From the NCBI GenBank assembly GCA_049429585.1, contig JBMTBF010000001.1, positions 1-31,908 of the forward strand: a stretch of 31,908 nucleotides of DNA, given 5' to 3'. The notes under the pieces are model-generated. The model was not told where the DNA came from. It did not search any database and worked only from the letters and a program-made list of their open reading frames with translations. The DNA comes from Terrimicrobiaceae bacterium. Its GTDB lineage: Bacteria > Verrucomicrobiota > Verrucomicrobiia > Chthoniobacterales > Terrimicrobiaceae. The translations under genes and the position numbers were made by a program. Within the stretch, counting starts at the first letter, position 1. Every line of letters starts with the position of its first letter. Below are positions 26,121 to 31,908 of this stretch, in pieces.

Positions 26121-26255
26121 GGTTTTTCAATCCCCGGAATCCCGCCCGCCCGCCGCCGACCCGCTTTTCCGGGCCACGCATCACGGCGTGTGGCGTCAGG
26201 ATTTTCAGCCCTCCCCCGTGCTCATGGTTATTGGTTCAAGGTTCATAAAAATTCG

Positions 26256-26708
26256 TTACAGGCCGATCTCGACCGCCACGCGCTGGTAGATGCCGGTGTT
26301 CGCGCTGACATCCGCCTCGTGGCGCTGTTTCGACCAAATTTCAAAGCGCCGACCCGCCCCCACGATCACGATCTCGGCTTTGAGGTCCGCTGCAGCCGCA
26401 TGGTTTTCGGGAATAAGGATGCGCCCCTGCTTGTCGGTGGTGACCTTGTGCGCCTCGCTGAAAAACCTCCGGATCGCCTGGCGTTTCTCTTGGGCTGTCG
26501 CCCCGGAAGCCATGATGCGTTGCTCCGTCGAGTGGAATTCCTCCGGTGGCATCACCATCAGGTAGCCATCCTGCGGGTGTGGAATCACATAAAAATCCGA
26601 CTCCGATCCCTTGATCCAAGCCGACGGAACGGCCGCGCGGTTTTTCGCGTCGATCGCCCGATCGTAAGTGCCCGAGTAGAAGGGCACATCTGGAGGTTCG
26701 ATTGGCAT
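26256..26708 (-). CDS. mraZ: Transcriptional regulator MraZ
   Basis: Two SpoVT/AbrB repeats with DAKNR and DKQGRILIP; the ATG at 26708 is preferred over the track's 26732. Confidence 0.95.
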   Translation of the reverse strand: MPIEPPDVPFYSGTYDRAIDAKNRAAVPSAWIKGSESDFYVIPHPQDGYLMVMPPEEFHSTEQRIMASGATAQEKRQAIRRFFSEAHKVTTDKQGRILIPENHAAAADLKAEIVIVGAGRRFEIWSKQRHEADVSANTGIYQRVAVEIGL

Positions 26709-26736
26709 CAGGTCTTTGGGATCATTAAACAATATT

Positions 26737-26772
26737 CACCACTGCTCCCCACAATTACCCACCTTACTCCAC
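26737..26772 (-). promoter_or_regulatory. Four MraZ-binding repeats at 10-bp periodicity
   Basis: Minus strand reads GTGGAGtaag GTGGGTaatt GTGGGGagca GTGGTG, matching the known GTGG-type MraZ boxes upstream of mraZ. A candidate -35 TTGCCT (26775-26780) and T/A tracts lie just upstream. Confidence 0.88.
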
Positions 26773-26927
26773 GAAGGCAATGAGTTTTTTTTGAAAAAAA
26801 TCAGCCTCAAAAACGTCTCCGGACGATATGTTGGACGGAGTGATTTCAGCCCATCACAGCAGGATCGAATCCGGCCTCCCGGAAATTTCGGCTTGCCGCG
26901 CGGAAGCTGGAAAATAGGGTGTCCGGC

Positions 26928-27452
26928 ATGTCCACAACACTCAGCCCCGTGGCTTACGACGGGAAGATCGAGGGCAATGTCATCTTCACGCAACTCGATG
27001 CCGCCATCAACTGGATGCGCAGCAATTCGCTTTGGCCGATGCCCATGGGTCTTGCATGCTGTGCCATCGAACTCATGGCCGCCTCGTCCTCGCGGTTCGA
27101 CATTTCCCGCTTTGGCGCGGAGGTCATGCGGTTCTCGCCTCGCCAGGCCGATGTGATGATCGTTGCCGGCACCGTGACTTATAAAATGGCACTCGCCGTG
27201 AAGCGCATTTGGGATCAAATGCCCGAGCCGAAATGGTGCATCGCCATGGGGGCCTGCGCGTCCTCGGGCGGCATGTATCGGAGTTACGCGGTCCTTCAAG
27301 GAATCGACCACCTCATCCCAGTCGATGTCTATGTTTCCGGTTGCCCACCCCGCCCCGAGGCGCTTCTCGACGGCCTCATGCGACTCCAGAAAAAAATCAT
27401 GGGCGAGCACGCCTTGGCCGACCAGAAAAAGGAACTTCTCGAAAACCTATGA
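26928..27452 (+). CDS. nuoB: NADH-quinone oxidoreductase subunit B
   Basis: [43 protein letters not shown]. Confidence 0.97.
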   Translation: MSTTLSPVAYDGKIEGNVIFTQLDAAINWMRSNSLWPMPMGLACCAIELMAASSSRFDISRFGAEVMRFSPRQADVMIVAGTVTYKMALAVKRIWDQMPEPKWCIAMGACASSGGMYRSYAVLQGIDHLIPVDVYVSGCPPRPEALLDGLMRLQKKIMGEHALADQKKELLENL

Positions 27453-28057
27453 CCTGCGAAGACGCCGTTAAAAAGCTCCGCGAGGCTTTTCCCGACTCGA
27501 TCCACGAGGAAATCCAATTCCGCGGGGAGACCACCCTCCGCATCGCGAAATCCTCCCTCCGTGACATCTGCCTGCACACCCGCGACCGCATGGGATTTGA
27601 TTATCTCGTCGATGTCTCGAGCGTCGACCACTTCGGCCAGGAGCCGCGCTACGAGATGGTCTACGAGCTTTACACGCTACGAGATGAAATCCACCTACGG
27701 CTCAAAACCGAGGTCAGCGAGGACGACAACACCGTGCCTACGGTTTCTGACATCTGGCCCACCGCCGATTGGCATGAGCGTGAGGTTTACGATCTCATGG
27801 GAATCCGTTTCGAGAACCATCCGGACCTCCGCCGCATTCTGATGTGGGACGGCTATCCCTACCACCCGTTAAGGAAGGATTTCCCGCTCCAAGGCAAGAC
27901 GACAGACCTTCCTGGAGTGGCTTTCAGCGAGCCCGCGCCACTGGCCGGCGGGCCGTTTGTCACGGTGCCGACCGATGGAACCACCCAAGTTCGCGAACCC
28001 CGGGCGCGCCACGCCGGCGAGATGCCTCCGTCCGATAAATTCATCGCCGAGCCTTGA
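27449..28057 (+). CDS. nuoC: NADH-quinone oxidoreductase subunit C
   Basis: [41 protein letters not shown]; ATG 27449 overlaps the nuoB stop. Confidence 0.96.
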   Translation: MTCEDAVKKLREAFPDSIHEEIQFRGETTLRIAKSSLRDICLHTRDRMGFDYLVDVSSVDHFGQEPRYEMVYELYTLRDEIHLRLKTEVSEDDNTVPTVSDIWPTADWHEREVYDLMGIRFENHPDLRRILMWDGYPYHPLRKDFPLQGKTTDLPGVAFSEPAPLAGGPFVTVPTDGTTQVREPRARHAGEMPPSDKFIAEP

Positions 28058-29106
28058 TCGCCGACCAGAAGGCGCTCGAGGAGCTGGTCGATGAACTCCG
28101 CAGCCAACAGCGCATCGCCATCGACACCGAGGCGGACAGTCTCCACTGCTACTTTGAAAAAGTCTGTCTGATCCAGATCAGCAGCGGCCCCGGGCACTGG
28201 CTCGTCGATCCTTTGGCGAAACTTGAACTCCAACCGCTCCTCGATGTCGTCTGCTCGCGGCGCTTGGTTTTCCACGGCGCGGACTACGATTTGCGCCTCC
28301 TTCGCCGCATCGGGAATTTCGAGCCGGTTGATCTTTTCGACACGATGATCGCCGCCAGGCTCGCTGGAAAGTCCGGCCTCGGCCTCGCCGCGCTGGTGAA
28401 GGAGTTTTTCGGCATCGAGCTTTCCAAAGCCTCGCAGAAAGCCAATTGGGCGATCCGCCCGCTTCCGCCCGAGATGGTTGCTTATGCGCACAACGATACG
28501 CGCTACCTCTTTGAAATTTCCGACCGCCTCGAGGCCGACCTCCAAAGGCTCGGACGCCTGGAATGGTTCACCGAATCCCGTGATCGCATGATCGCCTCCG
28601 CCCGAGAAGTGAGGGAGCGCGATGACAACACCGTCTGGCGCATCAGCGGCTCCTCGGCCCTCTCGCCACGCGCCCAAGCGGTACTGCGTGTGCTTTGGTT
28701 CTGGCGAGATTCCGAGGCCCGCGCGTGGGACCGCCCGCCGTTCCATGTGATCGGCAATGACGACATGCTGCGCGCCTCAGAACAAATCGCCTCGGGAGGA
28801 AAATTTACCGCGCCGCGAATGAACGGACGCCGCCGCAAGAGCTTCGAGGTCGTGCTCGCCCTGGCCCTTCAAATTCCGGAATCCGAGTGGCCGAAAATCG
28901 AAAAAGTCCGGCGCAAGCGGGTTTCGAAGGAACAGGTCGAACGCTGCGATCAGCTCAGAAAAATCCGTGACCGCGTGGCGGGTGAACTCGGGCTCGATCC
29001 CTCGATCATTGCTCCCCGGGCCGCTCTGGAAGCCACGGCGGCGGACATCTCTTCGAATGTTCTGATGAGTTGGCAGCGCCGCCTTCTGGAGCTCCCAGCG
29101 GCCTGA
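28054..29106 (+). CDS. rnd: Ribonuclease D-like 3'-5' exonuclease with HRDC domain
   Basis: IAIDTEADSLHCY...CLIQI, HGADYD, FDTMIAARL, NWAIRPL, YAHND (DEDDy); HRDC WRDSEARAWDRPPFHVIGND; TTG start overlapping the nuoC stop. Confidence 0.9.
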   Translation: MIADQKALEELVDELRSQQRIAIDTEADSLHCYFEKVCLIQISSGPGHWLVDPLAKLELQPLLDVVCSRRLVFHGADYDLRLLRRIGNFEPVDLFDTMIAARLAGKSGLGLAALVKEFFGIELSKASQKANWAIRPLPPEMVAYAHNDTRYLFEISDRLEADLQRLGRLEWFTESRDRMIASAREVRERDDNTVWRISGSSALSPRAQAVLRVLWFWRDSEARAWDRPPFHVIGNDDMLRASEQIASGGKFTAPRMNGRRRKSFEVVLALALQIPESEWPKIEKVRRKRVSKEQVERCDQLRKIRDRVAGELGLDPSIIAPRAALEATAADISSNVLMSWQRRLLELPAA

Positions 29107-29113
29107 CCCTGCC

Positions 29114-29947
29114 ATGCCGGACCTTGTCGATCTTGCGCTGGCTGAGGACATCGGCTCCGGTGACATCACAGCCAATTTTTTCACCAACCCCGGGTCAACC
29201 GCCCGCGCAAAAATCACAGCCCGCCAAAGCGGGTGCCTCGCCGGCATCGAACTCGCCGGGGATGTTTTCCGCCGAGTGGATTCGACCCTCAAGGTGGAGA
29301 TCAAAATGCAAACCGGTGCGCTGTTTCACAAACACGACACCGTTTTGGAAGTCTCGGGAAACGCCGCAGCGATCCTGACCGCCGAACGCACGGCCCTGAA
29401 TTTCCTCCAGCATCTCTCCGGTGTGGCCACTCTGGCCCGGCGGTTCGCTGACGAGATTCACGGAACACGAGCCCAAATCCTCGATACGCGCAAAACCACT
29501 CCGGGTTTTCGTTTTTTGGAAAAACAAGCCGCAGCCGCCGGAGGGGTTCGCAACCACCGCATGGGCCTCCACGACATGTTTCTCGTGAAGGACAACCACC
29601 TCGCCACCGGCCTTGATCCTTCGTTGCTGCAGTCCATGATAGATCGCGCCCGCGCCGCCCATCCCGAGGCCAAACTCGAGATCGAGGCTGATACACTCGA
29701 TCAGGTGAAAACATTCTACACCTTGCAAGGCGTGGATTTTCTCCTTCTCGACAATATGAGCCTCGACGATTTGCGTGAAGCGGCGCGCCTTTGCCCTCCC
29801 CACATGCAACTCGAGGCCAGCGGCGGCGTGAATCTATCGACTGTCCGGGCGATCGCTGAAACAGGAGTTCATTTCATTTCGGTCGGTGCGATCACCCACT
29901 CCGCCCCGGCGGTGGATTTCGGCCTCGACTTTCAACCCGTCGGCTAA
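29114..29947 (+). CDS. nadC: Quinolinate phosphoribosyltransferase
   Basis: ALAEDIGSGDIT, ERTALNFLQHLSG, DTRKTTPG, KDNH, LLDNM, EASGG, ITHS. Confidence 0.97.
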   Translation: MPDLVDLALAEDIGSGDITANFFTNPGSTARAKITARQSGCLAGIELAGDVFRRVDSTLKVEIKMQTGALFHKHDTVLEVSGNAAAILTAERTALNFLQHLSGVATLARRFADEIHGTRAQILDTRKTTPGFRFLEKQAAAAGGVRNHRMGLHDMFLVKDNHLATGLDPSLLQSMIDRARAAHPEAKLEIEADTLDQVKTFYTLQGVDFLLLDNMSLDDLREAARLCPPHMQLEASGGVNLSTVRAIAETGVHFISVGAITHSAPAVDFGLDFQPVG

Positions 29948-29963
29948 AACCGGATTCGCCGCG

Positions 29964-30461
29964 ATGCCTTCTGGAAAATCGAAAACTCCCGGGATCACCT
30001 TGCTGGCGGCAGCCATTGTCTTGATCCCGGCCTGCGAAAAAAAACAGTCCGCGCCGCCACCGCCACCCGCTGCTCCGTCATTTCCACGCGAAGCCCCGCC
30101 GGAGCGCATTAGCAAAAAGACACCCGAGGCGATCCTTCAAACCCTCCACCACGCCGCGCAAGAAATGGCCCTCGACGGATTCCAATTCGACAAACCGGAC
30201 CTCGGTTGGCCATACGATTGCCGCGCCAGCACCTCCTCAGGCTACCTCGCCTTGCTTGCGGAAAAAGGCTATCTCGCCAAGGAAGACTTGGGACTTTTCA
30301 ACGAAATCGAAATCGCCAACCTCAGCGACTCCGACCCGGGTGACTCCGCTTTTGCCGTCATTCCACACGGTAAAACCTTCCTTTTCGTTCTTAAAGACGG
30401 CCACATTTCCAACAGTCCGGAAAAACCAAAATCCTCCCGTGACCCGGCCTGGCTCCCCTAA
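29964..30461 (+). CDS. Putative lipoprotein of unknown function
   Basis: MPSGKSK + hydrophobic stretch + IPAC lipobox-like motif, Pro-rich linker, globular C-terminus; ATG at 29964. Confidence 0.6.
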   Translation: MPSGKSKTPGITLLAAAIVLIPACEKKQSAPPPPPAAPSFPREAPPERISKKTPEAILQTLHHAAQEMALDGFQFDKPDLGWPYDCRASTSSGYLALLAEKGYLAKEDLGLFNEIEIANLSDSDPGDSAFAVIPHGKTFLFVLKDGHISNSPEKPKSSRDPAWLP

Positions 30462-31009
30462 TGAACCGACTCACCTCCAACTCACTGATACTCGCTGCAG
30501 TCATTCTTCTCGCCGCCTGCGCCACGAAAAAGGAAGCGAATCCTCCCCCCCCCACGGAGGAATTGACCGCCTCGTTTGTCGATGGCCCTGCGGAAATCCT
30601 CCCTTTCCTGTCACGCGCCGGATCTTTTTTTTCCAATCTTCTTCCTTCCAAAAAAACCCGCCCCGCCGTGGCTTTGCCGGTCCAATGGGCAGGCGAAATT
30701 CGAATGGTTAATGTCGCAGAGAATTTCGTCCTACTGGAATCCACCCCGGCGGTAGCGACTGTTCCCGGCGAAAAATACACCGCGATTCGCGATAGCCGGG
30801 AAACCGGTGTCGTGCGAATGACCTCCCTGCGGAATCCCCCGTTTCTCATCGCGGATATCGTTTCGGGCGACCCCTCGCCAGGGGACAAAATCCACCTCCC
30901 CCGACCCACCGCTCCGATTCCAGCCGCCGAACCTCAACCCGCACCCATGCCCGGATTTTTGCCAAAGTTTCTTCGTGAAATTCTTCCCACACCCAAGCCA
31001 AATCAGTAG
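30461..31009 (+). CDS. Putative lipoprotein of unknown function
   Basis: Classic lipobox LLAAC, Pro-rich linker, beta-rich C-terminal domain (GEIRMVN...FVLLE...FLIADIVSG); TAATG overlap with the previous gene. Confidence 0.7.
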   Translation: MNRLTSNSLILAAVILLAACATKKEANPPPPTEELTASFVDGPAEILPFLSRAGSFFSNLLPSKKTRPAVALPVQWAGEIRMVNVAENFVLLESTPAVATVPGEKYTAIRDSRETGVVRMTSLRNPPFLIADIVSGDPSPGDKIHLPRPTAPIPAAEPQPAPMPGFLPKFLREILPTPKPNQ

Positions 31010-31027
31010 TTATTACCCAACGTCCAC

Positions 31028-31908
31028 ATGACCCGATACTTCTCCACTCTTGCCGCCATTCTCAGTACGGCATCGCTATTGATCGCCCAAGCCCCGGAGT
31101 CGGCTCCCGCGCCTGCTCCAAACGCCCCTGAAATCCCGAGCCTGCCAACCCCGCCCCCGCTTCCTCAGTTTACCCCCCTGCCTTTAACTCCCCCACCTGT
31201 CCCCGCAACGACACCAGGCGCAGCTCCAACGCCGCTCCCTGACGGTTCGATGCCGCTCCCGTTGCCTCCGATGCCTGCCGCGCCTCCCTTGCCGAACGCC
31301 CAGCAAATTTCCAGCGATCTCTCAGCCCCCTTGCCTCCGCAACAGGCTGAACCTCTCGCTCCGGGACCCGAAACCCAAATCCTGAAATCTTCCAACCGCG
31401 AGGCGATGACAAAGGAGATGGCGACCACGAACTTCTACAAGGCCCTGGATGAGTTGATCGCCAAGCAACGCAATCCCAAGGTTCCCGACTTGACGATTCA
31501 GGATGCCATCACCACGGCAATCCAAAAAAATCCTGACATCCTCGTGGCGGCGCAGGAACTAAATACCACCTCGGGCCGCTTTATCAGCATCCGCTCCCGA
31601 ATCATTCCCCAAGTCACGGTCAAATCCGACTACGGCTACACGACCCGCGACTTGAATTTTGTCCAAGACCTCGGCGCCCAGAATATCAACGACGAGCAAT
31701 GGGGCGTGAATATCGAGTTCTCCCAACTCATTTATGACGGCGGCGCCGTGGTTTCCGACATACGCGCCGCGATTTCCGACGAGGTCGAATCCTACTACCG
31801 CCTGCGCGGGGTCATTGACCGCGTGATCTTTGAGGTGAAAACCAATTTCTACGAGGTCCTCCTCAACCGCGCTCTCATCATCGCGAACCAGCAATCCGTC
31901 GACCTCCT
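31028..31908 (+). CDS. TolC-family outer-membrane efflux protein with a Pro-rich N-terminal extension (partial)
   Basis: Manual translation from ATG 31028 is open to the window end: signal peptide, about 100 Pro-rich residues, then LTIQDAITTAIQKNPDI, IPQVTV, QLIYDGG, EVKTNFYEVLL. Absent from the ORF track because there is no stop codon in the window. Confidence 0.88.
   Translation, partial: MTRYFSTLAAILSTASLLIAQAPESAPAPAPNAPEIPSLPTPPPLPQFTPLPLTPPPVPATTPGAAPTPLPDGSMPLPLPPMPAAPPLPNAQQISSDLSAPLPPQQAEPLAPGPETQILKSSNREAMTKEMATTNFYKALDELIAKQRNPKVPDLTIQDAITTAIQKNPDILVAAQELNTTSGRFISIRSRIIPQVTVKSDYGYTTRDLNFVQDLGAQNINDEQWGVNIEFSQLIYDGGAVVSDIRAAISDEVESYYRLRGVIDRVIFEVKTNFYEVLLNRALIIANQQSVDL

Noticed and set aside
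30545-30553. C9 homopolymer in the second lipoprotein gene as a phase-variation tract
   Set aside because: It is explained by Pro codons (PPPP), the frame is intact, and 9 nt is marginal. It would need read-level length heterogeneity.
1-31908. tRNA, rRNA, CRISPR array or intact integrase
   Set aside because: None was recognised; the intergenic gaps are short and no regularly spaced repeat-spacer pattern was seen.

Overview
The window looks like a verrucomicrobial chromosome segment (probably Chthoniobacterales/Spartobacteria-like; inferred from the MurC-MurB fusion, the LysM gene inside dcw and the FtsZ tail, not from a search). It has four parts. (1) 1-2510 is a decaying accessory patch at the 3' end of uvrA. 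A 72-bp direct repeat of the uvrA tail brackets a lower-GC glycosyltransferase-like gene and an IS256 remnant, followed by a VapBC-type toxin-antitoxin pair and a class III nucleotide cyclase remnant. (2) 2511-8010 holds an AaeXAB/FUSC-type efflux set in divergent layout, a minimal K+-channel-like pore, and an unusual HTH-transmembrane-OmpA/MotB protein convergent on ftsZ. (3) 8020-26772 is a complete minus-strand division/cell-wall cluster (mraZ rsmH ftsL ftsI murE murF mraY murD lysM ftsW murG murC-murB ddl ftsQ ftsA ftsZ) with four MraZ boxes. Its FtsZ has degenerate GTP-binding and T7 catalytic motifs. (4) 26928-31908 is a divergent, tightly packed run: nuoB, nuoC, RNase D, nadC, two putative lipoproteins and a TolC-family gene with a proline-rich N-terminus that runs off the window. 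The best candidates for new biology are the degenerate FtsZ, the adjacent HTH-TM-OmpA protein and the integrase-less uvrA-tail duplication. All calls come from motif recognition by eye; no searches were run.
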